Source of the DNA: Pseudomonadota bacterium
GTDB lineage: Bacteria; Desulfobacterota; WTBG01; JAGOGO01
Direction of reading: 5' to 3'
DNA: 56,441 nt
Assembly (NCBI GenBank): GCA_043798555.1
Contig: JAZDOO010000406.1
Span: forward strand, 1-56,441
Numbering within the stretch: position 1 is the stretch's first letter; every line of letters begins with the position of its first letter. The position numbers and the translations under genes were made by a program. Below the pieces are notes generated by a model. It was given only the letters and a program-made list of their open reading frames with translations. It was not told where the DNA came from and did no database searches. This document shows, in pieces, positions 27,378 to 36,891 of the stretch.

Positions 27378-29588
27378 CTATTTTTCATGCTCCTCACATG
27401 GATAAACCTTGCAGAGCAATGCTCGTAGCGGCCACCCGCCGTTTATAGAGTTACAATTATCCGGATCATCATCAGTAAGGATATTAATGTTAGATTTCCA
27501 GACTCCGTAGAGCGATGGTTCTTCACCTGGATCTTCCGGAAACCACCAGCCATGCTGAGCATGGACAACTCGGGGGTCGATTCCATCAAAGTATTTCAAT
27601 ATATGCCTGCATCGCCCCCGGGGAGATTCGATCCAAACCCAGTCACCATCTCTAATTTCTAGCTTTTTCGCTGCCTCTGGATTCATTTCCATTATTGGCC
27701 AAGGGTAGTTTTTCCGGTGCTTTTCTATCTGGCGATGTTCGGAATTATAGTAGGGGAGAAACCTTCCGCCGGTAATGAGGATAAAAGGATATTCTTTCGC
27801 CAACTCCGGAGTATTCACCGGGCTTTCCGGAGGTTCCTTGAAAACCGGAAGCGGATCGTATCCGAGTCGTTCTAAGACCGTTGAGTAAAGTTCTATTTTA
27901 CCGGTTTGGGTACCAAATCCTGTCTTTTCATACCTTTTATATCCCCCTTTGCTGGCAGCGAATCCTCCCCTGGCCATGAACTCCTTAAAGGTCACCCCCG
28001 AACGTCTCAGTCGATAATCATATACCTCTTCTAAATCCTCCCACGGCCAATATTCTTTCTGTCCTAATCGGTCTCCTAATCCCTTCCAGAATTTATAATC
28101 AGACCACCGCTCATATTTTCCCGGTACGACCGGGGACATCGTCCTCTCGCTTCCCACAATCATCGCATAAGCCCAGATCCACGGTCTTTCTAAGTACGTG
28201 GTTCCAGGAAGAACATAATCGGCAAGTTGTGCACTCGGAGTCATGAAAAAATCTACCACTACATAAAGCTCGAGACGTTTCAAAGCCTCATAGACCAGTT
28301 TAGTGTTAGCCTGGGTTACCATGGGATTGCTGGAAAGAGTAATTATCCCTTTTATTGGATAGGGTTTACCGGTAATGGCGGCTCGGTAAAAAGTCGGTGC
28401 ATGGGCATACCGTTGAAACTGGCCTGAACGATTCAAGGCCAGCTTTCCCCAGGCCATTGGAATGAATTCCTGGATAGTATCGAACCCCTCACAGGAGAGG
28501 ATTCGAAATCGGTCCGCACCGAGCTGTTTTCTTCTTTGTTCTGGGGGAAGCATATGAAGGAGTTCCATATCCTGCTCAGGAATGATATCAGGATACGGAG
28601 TAGTGAAGATATCCCCCCCCTTTACATCAATATTCCCGGTTAATGCTCGCAATGTAAAAACGGCGTGGAGCGTTTCCATGGAATTTGCAGTGTGTTCAAT
28701 GCCAAGACCGTGGGTCAAGGCTGCCGGTTTGAGCGTAGCATACCATTCAACAGCCTGGCGAATCTTTTCTTCGGGAATCCAGGTAATCTCAGCTACCTTT
28801 TTCAAGGTAAATGGCTCCACTCTTTCTCGTAACTCATTAAATCCGAAACACCATTTTTCCACAAAGTCCTGGTCGTAAAAATTCGCTTCAATGACATAGC
28901 GAATCATTCCCAGAGCCAAAGCACAATCGGTGCCAGGTCTGACTTGAAGCCAGAGGTCAGCATGCCTGACCGTATCAATACCTCGAGGGTCGATAACGAT
29001 TACTTTTGTCCCTTCTTTATGGGCCTTGATAATGTTCCTCCAGAGGGCATTCCAGTAACGTGGACCGCCGCCACCCCAGACGATAATACACTGTGTCTCA
29101 GACTGCACGACCGGAAAAAGTTTCCATCCAAACATGGCGTACATTAAGGCCAAGTATTCTCCGTAGCAAATCTCACCCTGACCCACCATATTGGGACTTC
29201 CCATCAGGTTAAAAAACCGCCATCGAAACTCATCCGTAGTTCTCCCCGTGCCAGCGGTGGTACCTATGGTTTCCGGTCCATAGTGCTCAATCAATTGCTG
29301 CAACTTCCCTGCGATTTCATCTAAAGCCTGATCCCAGGATATTTGTTTCCACCTATTTTCTCCTCGCCCTCCGGCCCTTTTAAGGGGATAATTTAAACGG
29401 CTTGGATGATAAAAATAATCTACGATTGCATTTGCCCGAGGGCACCCTCTGACAATGGGTGCAAATAGCTCGGCCTTAGGAAAATCCATGTCAGGCTCCA
29501 CTCCAAGTAATCTTCCATCTTCGATGATTGCTGCTTGCCGACAGCCAGAATGACACTGAATACACACAACTTTCTTTCTTTCCTTCAT
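27378..29588 (-). CDS. Molybdopterin (bis-PGD) oxidoreductase family enzyme, no Tat signal (third paralogue)
   Basis: 736 aa. The N-terminus is CIQCHSGCRQ...C. The candidate ligand is Cys in GQGEICYGE. The C-terminal barrel is MEMNPEAAKKLEIRDGDWVWIESPRGR. RBS AAGGAGG. Confidence 0.85.
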   Translation of the reverse strand: MKERKKVVCIQCHSGCRQAAIIEDGRLLGVEPDMDFPKAELFAPIVRGCPRANAIVDYFYHPSRLNYPLKRAGGRGENRWKQISWDQALDEIAGKLQQLIEHYGPETIGTTAGTGRTTDEFRWRFFNLMGSPNMVGQGEICYGEYLALMYAMFGWKLFPVVQSETQCIIVWGGGGPRYWNALWRNIIKAHKEGTKVIVIDPRGIDTVRHADLWLQVRPGTDCALALGMIRYVIEANFYDQDFVEKWCFGFNELRERVEPFTLKKVAEITWIPEEKIRQAVEWYATLKPAALTHGLGIEHTANSMETLHAVFTLRALTGNIDVKGGDIFTTPYPDIIPEQDMELLHMLPPEQRRKQLGADRFRILSCEGFDTIQEFIPMAWGKLALNRSGQFQRYAHAPTFYRAAITGKPYPIKGIITLSSNPMVTQANTKLVYEALKRLELYVVVDFFMTPSAQLADYVLPGTTYLERPWIWAYAMIVGSERTMSPVVPGKYERWSDYKFWKGLGDRLGQKEYWPWEDLEEVYDYRLRRSGVTFKEFMARGGFAASKGGYKRYEKTGFGTQTGKIELYSTVLERLGYDPLPVFKEPPESPVNTPELAKEYPFILITGGRFLPYYNSEHRQIEKHRKNYPWPIMEMNPEAAKKLEIRDGDWVWIESPRGRCRHILKYFDGIDPRVVHAQHGWWFPEDPGEEPSLYGVWKSNINILTDDDPDNCNSINGGWPLRALLCKVYPCEEHEK

Positions 29589-29721
29589 GGGAACCCCTCC
29601 TTATCGTTTTATCGATTCTTTGAAAAGAGAGATAAAAAAGATAATGCTTACAATGCCGCCTCGTATGACGAAAATTTAGAAATTTTGATGATTTTTTCCA
29701 TTGAAAATCGCTTGCACTTTA

Positions 29722-29750
29722 TTTCTAAGGTCCTATTGCAGATAAGTCAA
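29722..29750 (-). promoter_or_regulatory. Sigma70-type promoter candidate for the 27378..29588 gene
   Basis: The minus strand reads TTGACT - 17 nt - TAGAAA, about 130 nt upstream of the ATG. The IS630 end lies 14 bp further upstream. Confidence 0.3.
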
Positions 29751-29762
29751 TAGAAAAGGTAT

Positions 29763-30872
29763 TAATACAAACGCAATAAATATTTTGACATATAAGATAT
29801 TGCCATGATATGCTCTAGGCATGAAGAATCCAACGTTGACTTTAATGCATCCCGAAGCAAACCGAGAGAGTCTTTTGTCCTTTGCCCGAAGAATCCCAGG
29901 GGCCTATATCGGGTTAAAGATAGCGGCCCTGTTGCTGATATTGGAGGGTCAGCGTCCGGGGTGGATAATCGAGGTATTGGGGCTGACGCGTCAGAGTTTG
30001 AATCAATGGATGCACAAAGTAAACCAAGAAGGGTTGGAAGCCTTAAAAACAAAACCCAGGCCTGGACGCCCTCCTCGATTGGATCCGAAAATCGCTGCCG
30101 AATTGGAGGATCACTTGGAGAGGTCTCCCCAGGATTTTGAGATAAATCGAATTCGGTGGGATGGCCCGACCCTGGTGGTTCACCTGAGTCGACACTTTGG
30201 CATAAAGATAAAGATGCGTCAGGCTCAGTACTGGCTTCATCAATTGGGCTACCGTTTAAAAAGGGCGAGTTACACCTATTTGCAGGCTCGGCAAGAAGAA
30301 GCCAGAAGGTTTCAGAGGGCGTTAAAAAAAAAAACTCCAAAATCTTAAGCCTCGGGAGACCATTGTTTTTGAAGATGAAACGGGGTTTACCCTGCATCCC
30401 CGGTTGGAGGAGAGGATGGGCCAAGCGTGGTGTGCGGTTGCGTATTCCCACCAATAGCCAGCATCGTAAGAGGCTCAATATTTTTGGATGGGTGGCTCCT
30501 CTTCTGGGGCGACTTGGTCTGATTAAATTGATGGTAACTGAGAAGGATTTCTGGATTGTCTCAGAGACCTTTACGGCAAGCTTAGGGCGTATACCATATG
30601 GCTGTATGTTGACCAGGCAAGATGGCATCTGGGGAAAGAGGTAGAGATTTTTATAAGGACGCATAAACGTTTGCATATAGAGTATTTACCCCGTTACCAA
30701 CCTGGATCGAACATGCAAGAAAGGATATGGCGCCGGATTCGATATGAGGCGACAACCAACGGTTGGTTTGAGGATTTGGATATCATATGGGAAACAGTTC
30801 AAGATACTGCTCATTCCTGGACCCGGGCCAAAATCAAGCGGTTATGTCAAATTACTTAATGCGTTCGTATTA
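29763..30872 (+). mobile_element. IS630-family insertion sequence (1106 bp) with flanking TA duplication
   Basis: The terminal inverted repeats are 29765..29792 (ATACAAACGCAATAAATATTTTGACATA) and 30843..30870 (reverse complement ATACGAACGCATTAAGTAATTTGACATA), with 24 of 28 positions identical by eye. TA lies at 29763-64 and at 30871-72. Size, TA target and transposase type all fit IS630/Tc1-mariner. Confidence 0.8.
29821..30859 (+). pseudogene. IS630-family DDE transposase, disrupted by at least three frame changes
   Basis: Frame 1 holds the HTH region (LGLTRQSLNQWMHKVNQEGLEAL...PGRPPRL). After the A11 run (30325..30335) the frame changes: KKKLQNLKPRETIVFEDETGFTLHPRL. It changes again near 30400: RGWAKRGVRLRIPTNSQHRKRLNIFGW. 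It changes a third time near 30530, with a TGA: EGFLDCLRDLYGKLRAYTIWLYVDQARWH...LPRYQPGSNMQERIWRRIR. Confidence 0.8.
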
Positions 30873-31023
30873 GTTTGGAATCGGTATGAATTCCGCCATT
30901 GTTTATAGATAAACTAATTCTTTCTTTTTTGTTTTTGAAGATTTGTACCATTCGGCTATATTGACTATTTAATAGTTACATCATCGCGGCACCGATTTTG
31001 CGCAGATTCTTCAAAGAAAGATC

Positions 31024-31440
31024 ATGGCTCTCAAGAAGTGGAAAGAAACCTCAGAAGGGATTGAGGCGGCAAAGTTCACCTTTCAGCATCACGACCAAAA
31101 GTGGAAGAACGAGCGGAGGTATGTGGTGGTGAGACAAATGATTAACCGGCGGCCTAAGGTGATTCATTCCCTCAACCGGAATATTCTGAATGCAAAAGGA
31201 CCTTTTGAACAGTTCACGACACTTCGGTCCAAATACTTTATCATACCGGCAGTGCTTGAAGGGGAGGGGGTTATCCAGTGCTTCGTCTTTCGGTTCGTTC
31301 TCCTTTCCTTCATTGAGTTCGCAGCTATGGTCACACAAAATCGAAGGCCCCAAGAAGTTGGGGCCTTCGATCAGCTTTTCAATTCCTCAGTTACTTTCCA
31401 AACTTCTGGAGATAACCAATGGAGAACCGTTCCGGGGTAA
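31024..31440 (+). pseudogene. Possible remnant of a second DDE transposase (IS1380/IS4-like)
   Basis: FQHHDQKWKNERRYVVVRQ resembles the conserved ...W...RRVVV.E patch of IS1380/IS4-type transposases, and TLRSKYFIIPAVL resembles their C-terminal helix. The rest is missing or scrambled. The 3' end overlaps the DUF1329-like gene. This call rests on weak recollection only. Confidence 0.3.
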
Positions 31441-32737
31441 AGCCCACATTGAACTTCCGGCCCGGGAGGTTGACCGGCCAGGGGCTGGAATGGTCAATCT
31501 GGTTGTCATAGCAGCCGTAACACATTTCATAGAAGATGTCTTCTGTCCCCTGCGGCTGTTCGGGATCCCCATAGCCATACCATGAGTTCCAGCATGACTT
31601 CATAAGTTTCCCCGAAATATCATAGGCTACTGAATAGAGGGTTCGCCAGGTTCGATGAACTGGTTCCATCGGCGCAGTGTTTCCGATTACCCCGGCAATG
31701 AAAACAACCTTCTTGCTGTAAATGGGGCAGTCCTTGGGGTCTTTAGGCATACACTCTACACCGTATACCTCCGGTACCACCTCCCACTTTACCCTCAGGA
31801 ATTTATATCCCTCGGTAAAGGGAGGCAATACTTTTTCCTCCATGGTTCCCTTGGTTTTGCTCCAAACTCCACCGTGTATCATCGCCAGCATCGGTTTCAT
31901 GCTCACGAGCTTATATTTCCAGGTAGCAGTGGGAACATCGAGCTGGCGGAAATCACCCAGCGTAGCATCACTCCCTACGAAAGCATCAAACCTCTGAGCA
32001 CTGGCAAGGCGGCGAACCCTTCTCATGGCCGGGATGTACGCGTAGCTGTCATCGCGCTGGGTAGAGTCGTTGTACCGGATGCCCAGGTTTCCAAAGCCCT
32101 TGAGATCAAAGGGTTCCTGGACATAAGCAAACTGTTTGAACATCAGCTCTTTATATTTCTCCGCGTACGTAGGCTTGGGATCTAACTTCTCGCGGGCGGT
32201 GAGATAGATTCGGTCCCAGCTCATCTTAATCGTTCTCTCCAGCTTGCCGTCACTGCCTACATAGAATGGGTTCGTTTCATCATGGGTGAAGTCATCACCC
32301 TCATAGGAGTGAAGGTCATTGTACATCACCTTGAGCCCGGCCTGGGGATCATCAAGCTTCACATCGGGGAAGGGCGCCCCTCCATCCCACCAGTTCCCCT
32401 CTTTGGTTCTCAAGTTATCCTTTTCATCAATCACTGCCCGCCCCATGTTCTTCTTCGTGACCTCCACAAAAAATCCCGGAGTATGCCAGGGCCCCGGATC
32501 AGCGATCACCAGTTCCATCCCCTTCCCCACCATATCTACGTAACCATCCGGGATAAGGTCTTTTACCAGAGCAACATTACTTTTGTTAATGACATCCCCT
32601 GGTTTTACCTTGCCACCAGTCAGTTCCTGGATGGTTTGCCGGTCTCCCGCATATCCCGGAATAAAACAAATCCCCACAATGAAGGCGATACTCAAGAACC
32701 CGATAAACAACTTCCTCATTGTCATTACTTTTCTCAT
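31391..32737 (-). CDS. DUF1329-like (LolA-like fold) periplasmic/outer-membrane-associated protein
   Basis: Signal peptide MRKLFIGFLSIAFIVGICFIPGYAG. About 450 aa, with the patch YIPAMRRVRRLASAQRFDAFVGSDATLGDF that I associate with DUF1329. The start is set at 32737, behind AGGAGG. Confidence 0.55.
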   Translation of the reverse strand: MRKVMTMRKLFIGFLSIAFIVGICFIPGYAGDRQTIQELTGGKVKPGDVINKSNVALVKDLIPDGYVDMVGKGMELVIADPGPWHTPGFFVEVTKKNMGRAVIDEKDNLRTKEGNWWDGGAPFPDVKLDDPQAGLKVMYNDLHSYEGDDFTHDETNPFYVGSDGKLERTIKMSWDRIYLTAREKLDPKPTYAEKYKELMFKQFAYVQEPFDLKGFGNLGIRYNDSTQRDDSYAYIPAMRRVRRLASAQRFDAFVGSDATLGDFRQLDVPTATWKYKLVSMKPMLAMIHGGVWSKTKGTMEEKVLPPFTEGYKFLRVKWEVVPEVYGVECMPKDPKDCPIYSKKVVFIAGVIGNTAPMEPVHRTWRTLYSVAYDISGKLMKSCWNSWYGYGDPEQPQGTEDIFYEMCYGCYDNQIDHSSPWPVNLPGRKFNVGFTPERFSIGYLQKFGK

Positions 32738-32817
32738 AATTACCTCCTTTGGATATATACTTTCAGGGCGGCCTTGATGATGGACCGCCCTCAATCGGTT
32801 CTTTTTACCCCATGTAA

Positions 32818-34362
32818 TTAGAACTGGTAGGTGACCCGGAACATGAGTTCATCCCACCAGTAGAGCCCTCCGAGACCATCGTTCGCGGCGTTGCGGTCCT
32901 CGCCGCCAACCCAGGTGCCCAAGAGATAAAATCGCCAGTGGTCGCCGTATTGAAATTCGCACTGGGGAGCCAGCCAGAAGCCGCCTCTCGGGTCCCAGGC
33001 AAAGAAAAGGATGGGGTGAATTCTGTCCTGCTTGTACTGAGTATCCAGGCTTAAGGTGAAGGTAGTGGTAAGGGTTTGCACCTTATGACCACCTGAAAGG
33101 GTAATAATGTTTTCATCTAACTTGTCTTTCCCTTCCACCACAAACCGCTGAAAAACCTGGAACCCAAAGCCGAACGTTCTCCTGGGATTCAGAGCTCGCA
33201 GCCAGAAGGGCCGGTCAATTCCCAGACAGTATTTCACTGTCCCCAGTTTCTCTATCATGGCATTGGTGAATGAGCCAATGCCGGGGATGGTAATCCCTCG
33301 CTCGTACGGTTTATCCGGCTCGTAGAGGAACTCAAACCTATAGACTCCCTTGGTGAAACTGCTCTCATCATAATTGAACGAGAAACCAATATGACTCATA
33401 AGGGGATGGTGGCCGTATGCATTGAGCCTCATCAGGTCTTCCCGGCCGATTCCTGCCGGAGGAATAATATCCCCTGCTAACGGCACACCCCAGGTACGGT
33501 CAAAAACCACGGTACCCGGCACCAGGTAAACACCGTAATCACTGTGAGCCCGGAAATAATTGAGGGTGATTTCCGCCCGTTTCCAGATCCCGGAAAGTTT
33601 TACTCCCACTTCCGGCCCGTCCGGTTGCTCTTCATGGACTTTAACAACTGTAGGGAGCACATTGTAGGGAGCGCCATCCGAAGCGAGCTGGTCACCTACA
33701 AACTTCCCCGGGAGGATCAGGAGCTCGAGCTGGGGATTATCAACAAACGTAATACAGGGGATGTTGTAATTGGCCCGGACCATCCAGAGGGACTCCCGGA
33801 CGTTATCGTGCCCCTCATACATGGCATCGAAGATCAACCGCCAGCTTAGATCCAGGGGGTTGATTACGTCGAGGAGCCGGAACCCGTCCGTTTGGCCCCA
33901 GGATACCTGTTGTTTCCCCAGCCGGAGCCAAAGAGGGCCCATGGTAAGATCAGCATAAAGCTCCTGGATCTGGGCCATATTATCATCGTCCTCCAGCTTG
34001 AGATCCCCGGGGTATTCCAGAGGAAAGGCTTCGTACTGCCGGAGATTAGAGTCGAGCCCTCCGGAGGATTCATTGATGTATTTTATTTTGGAGAAAAGGC
34101 TAAACGTATCCGAGGCAGCATAGTTAAGTTCCAGTTGCAGCATGTTCCGGAACATGTTGACTTTGTGGTTGCCCTCGCTCAAGGGACGAAACTGGTTATT
34201 ATTGGGATTTTGCCCTCCAATGTGTAATCTGAACTGCGATTGGAGAAACCCATTAACCGTGAACTTCCCATCCATATACTGAAGAGTACACCATCCCTCT
34301 TGCCCAACAAGCAATACCATGAAGGCAATGAGGATGATTAGAATTTTATGTTTCTTTTCCAT
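32818..34362 (-). CDS. DUF1302-like outer-membrane beta-barrel protein
   Basis: A signal peptide, an alternating beta-strand pattern, the C-terminal ...FRVTYQF (terminal Phe, an OMP signature), and QVSWGQTDGFRLLDVINPLD. Confidence 0.55.
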   Translation of the reverse strand: MEKKHKILIILIAFMVLLVGQEGWCTLQYMDGKFTVNGFLQSQFRLHIGGQNPNNNQFRPLSEGNHKVNMFRNMLQLELNYAASDTFSLFSKIKYINESSGGLDSNLRQYEAFPLEYPGDLKLEDDDNMAQIQELYADLTMGPLWLRLGKQQVSWGQTDGFRLLDVINPLDLSWRLIFDAMYEGHDNVRESLWMVRANYNIPCITFVDNPQLELLILPGKFVGDQLASDGAPYNVLPTVVKVHEEQPDGPEVGVKLSGIWKRAEITLNYFRAHSDYGVYLVPGTVVFDRTWGVPLAGDIIPPAGIGREDLMRLNAYGHHPLMSHIGFSFNYDESSFTKGVYRFEFLYEPDKPYERGITIPGIGSFTNAMIEKLGTVKYCLGIDRPFWLRALNPRRTFGFGFQVFQRFVVEGKDKLDENIITLSGGHKVQTLTTTFTLSLDTQYKQDRIHPILFFAWDPRGGFWLAPQCEFQYGDHWRFYLLGTWVGGEDRNAANDGLGGLYWWDELMFRVTYQF

Positions 34363-34518
34363 TGGACCTCCTCCTTAAAAAGGTTAACTTTTACCATTTA
34401 CCATTCACGATCTTCTTACCCGTAAAAAACCAGGTAATCAGGTTGCACCACCTCCTTCTTTGCTGAATTAGTTTTACTACCGCCAACGTCCAGTTACCTA
34501 TCTTCATCATGCCTTCTT

Positions 34519-36870
34519 TTATTCTTCCTCCCGCACAAACAGTGACGCCCAACCCACAAATTTAGGTTTGAATACATACACCAGGGCAGGTATGAGCAAC
34601 AGCGATAAAACCATGTTGATCAAGAGGAGCAGGGATAATAAGAGGCCCATCTCTGCCTGAAAGCGCATGGAAGAGAGAAAAAACCACAGGAAAATACCTC
34701 CCACTGCGGTAGTGGCGGTGAACACCACTGCCTTCCCTGTGGTTTTCAATGCCGTCTGGATGGCGGTTTTATAATCCCGGTAATGCATAAACTCCTCACA
34801 GATCCGGGAGAGTACATACACCGAATAGTCAACTCCCACTCCGATTCCGATTGACGCCACGGGAATGGTGTTAACATTCAAACTGATCTGATTCATTACC
34901 ATCACTACCATGGTGAGGAAGTTCGCCAGCAATAAGGGGCAGAGAAGTATGAGCGCTGCCACGATTGACCGGTAGGTGATCATAGTGATGAGCATGGTAA
35001 ACCCGAGGATTAACGCCATATTTTGCGCCTGGGCCGCAGTTACCGTCTCATTGACTGCTGCAAGAATGCCCAGGTATCCGCTGGCGAGTCTGAACTTGAT
35101 TTTCTCATACATTTTGTTCAGTTCAATCCACTCCCGGGCTCTTTTTATCACTTCCCGAATGGTATCGCCCTTGTGGTCCTTACACCAGATAACAATATTG
35201 GCATCCTTATGATCCCGGCTCATCATCCGGTCAAAGTCGCCGGTTGAGGCGCCGCTGATAATAATATTCATGATGCTCCCCATCATATAGGGGTCCAACG
35301 GTACAACTTCCCACAGGGGGTCGCCGGAATGAAGGAACTTGTTCACCACCGGGGCATAATCCGCAAACGACTGGGACCCTCCCACCGCCGGGCTCGCTTC
35401 CATGAACAACTGACACTCCCGCATCTTTTGCTGAATTTCCGGAAACCGGATCAGTCCAGGTTCGCTTCCTTCGACAATGAAAAAGAGTTCATCGGTCCCG
35501 GCAAAGTTCTGATTAATGTTTTGGACTCCAATATTGTAAATGGAATCAGGTTTGAGGAGGGGTGAACCAGGGTGCAAATCTCCGATCTCGAGACGGGAGG
35601 CGACAATCCCCGAACCCACGGCTACGATCGCCAATCCGATTACTACGGCGAGAGAACCCCGCTTTCCGGTGGTCAGGTTTCCGAGTCCAAAAAGGAAGCT
35701 GCGGAGTAGAATATTCTCCCTCTCTGGTCTTACAATTGCCGCAATATTGCGGGGAAGGGGAAAATAATAGAAAAAGATGGGGTTAAGAATCATGGCACTT
35801 AAAATAACACTCATAAGCCAGAAGGAGCAGAAAAATGCCATCTTTTGCAAAAGCGGAATCGGGGCTATGGAAATCAGGAAAATCCCGGCAATATCCGTGA
35901 TGAGACTGAGCATGCCGGGGGGAAGGATACTTTGGATGACATAGGTACAGGCTTTCTTTTTGTCGCCAAGCTCGTCACAGAGCTCAAAATACCGTTCGCA
36001 CATTTGTACTGAATGGGTCATGGTCATAGCGGTGACTAATAACGGAATAACTAAGATAACTGGATCCAGGCTATACCCTAAGGCGCCCGCAAAACCAAGT
36101 CCCCAGATGGCGCTAATGAATCCGGTGAGCATGGGAATCACCATGCCGGCGAGATTGCGGAAGTAAAGGAAAAGCAGAATAAACATCACCGCCACGGTGA
36201 ATAGGAGGATATTCACGCTCTCAATGCGGTAGTGAAAAATCCAGCCCGTGAGCATTGGTTCGCCCGCAGCGTACACCTCGGTATTCTCATCAGCCAATTC
36301 TTTTACCAGTTCATTGACCTTACTAAAAACATGGTCATAGTCGAACTGCCCCTCCAGGAAATTAGCGGTTATGAGCGCACACTTGTCATCAAACGAGACC
36401 AGGGGCCCAAAAACATTTTCGTTGGCATGGACAGTCTTTTTCAGAATTCCAATCTCCGCTTCATTTTTCGGCACGTCACGCATTACTGCCATTAAGATAA
36501 GTCCACTCCCGGCTCCCACCACCACCTGTTTTACTTTGGGTGAGGAAAGGGATAAAACCTGGTAATGATTTACTCCCGGCAATGAATCCAGAAAATACTG
36601 GGCCCGCTCGATCTTCTTGAGGGTTGGGATAGTGAAAATATCGCCCTCCTTCACCTTGAGCATCAACATCACCATGTGCGATCCGCCCAGCTTTTCTTTG
36701 TATTTTTCATGAATTGTCCGGAAGGGGTGATTCGTTGGAAGCTGATCATCATAATTTGTTTTAATTACAATTTTTAAAGCATGATAGACAAAAAAACCCG
36801 TTACCGCTATCATGATCACAAGCAAGAGTAAGCGAAAGCGGATGACGAATTGAGCGAATTTTCTAATCAT
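34519..36870 (-). CDS. RND-superfamily (MMPL/HpnN-like) transporter
   Basis: About 784 aa with two blocks of about 6 TM helices, each preceded by a large soluble loop (1+5 / 1+5 topology by eye). The start is set at 36870 (MIRKF), behind GGAGGAG. The track ORF begins at 36888. Confidence 0.75.
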   Translation of the reverse strand: MIRKFAQFVIRFRLLLLVIMIAVTGFFVYHALKIVIKTNYDDQLPTNHPFRTIHEKYKEKLGGSHMVMLMLKVKEGDIFTIPTLKKIERAQYFLDSLPGVNHYQVLSLSSPKVKQVVVGAGSGLILMAVMRDVPKNEAEIGILKKTVHANENVFGPLVSFDDKCALITANFLEGQFDYDHVFSKVNELVKELADENTEVYAAGEPMLTGWIFHYRIESVNILLFTVAVMFILLFLYFRNLAGMVIPMLTGFISAIWGLGFAGALGYSLDPVILVIPLLVTAMTMTHSVQMCERYFELCDELGDKKKACTYVIQSILPPGMLSLITDIAGIFLISIAPIPLLQKMAFFCSFWLMSVILSAMILNPIFFYYFPLPRNIAAIVRPERENILLRSFLFGLGNLTTGKRGSLAVVIGLAIVAVGSGIVASRLEIGDLHPGSPLLKPDSIYNIGVQNINQNFAGTDELFFIVEGSEPGLIRFPEIQQKMRECQLFMEASPAVGGSQSFADYAPVVNKFLHSGDPLWEVVPLDPYMMGSIMNIIISGASTGDFDRMMSRDHKDANIVIWCKDHKGDTIREVIKRAREWIELNKMYEKIKFRLASGYLGILAAVNETVTAAQAQNMALILGFTMLITMITYRSIVAALILLCPLLLANFLTMVVMVMNQISLNVNTIPVASIGIGVGVDYSVYVLSRICEEFMHYRDYKTAIQTALKTTGKAVVFTATTAVGGIFLWFFLSSMRFQAEMGLLLSLLLLINMVLSLLLIPALVYVFKPKFVGWASLFVREEE

Positions 36871-36891
36871 ACCTTCTCCTCCCATCAATGA

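Noticed and set aside
29589-29721. Possible Moco riboswitch in the ~130-nt leader of the third molybdopterin gene
   Set aside because: The leader is AT-rich and lacks the GC-rich paired elements and conserved loops I associate with the Moco RNA motif.
30325-30335. A11 run as a programmed ribosomal frameshift site joining the two transposase halves
   Set aside because: The geometry needs a +1 shift, since the target frame has a TAA at the start of the run. Two further frame breaks and a TGA lie downstream. Decay or homopolymer error is more parsimonious than recoding.
29762-30676. 304-aa ORF on the minus strand across the IS630 element
   Set aside because: It is antisense to the recognisable IS630 transposase frames, has a low-complexity Pro/Ser/Leu-rich translation, no RBS and no family resemblance. 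It is a shadow ORF.
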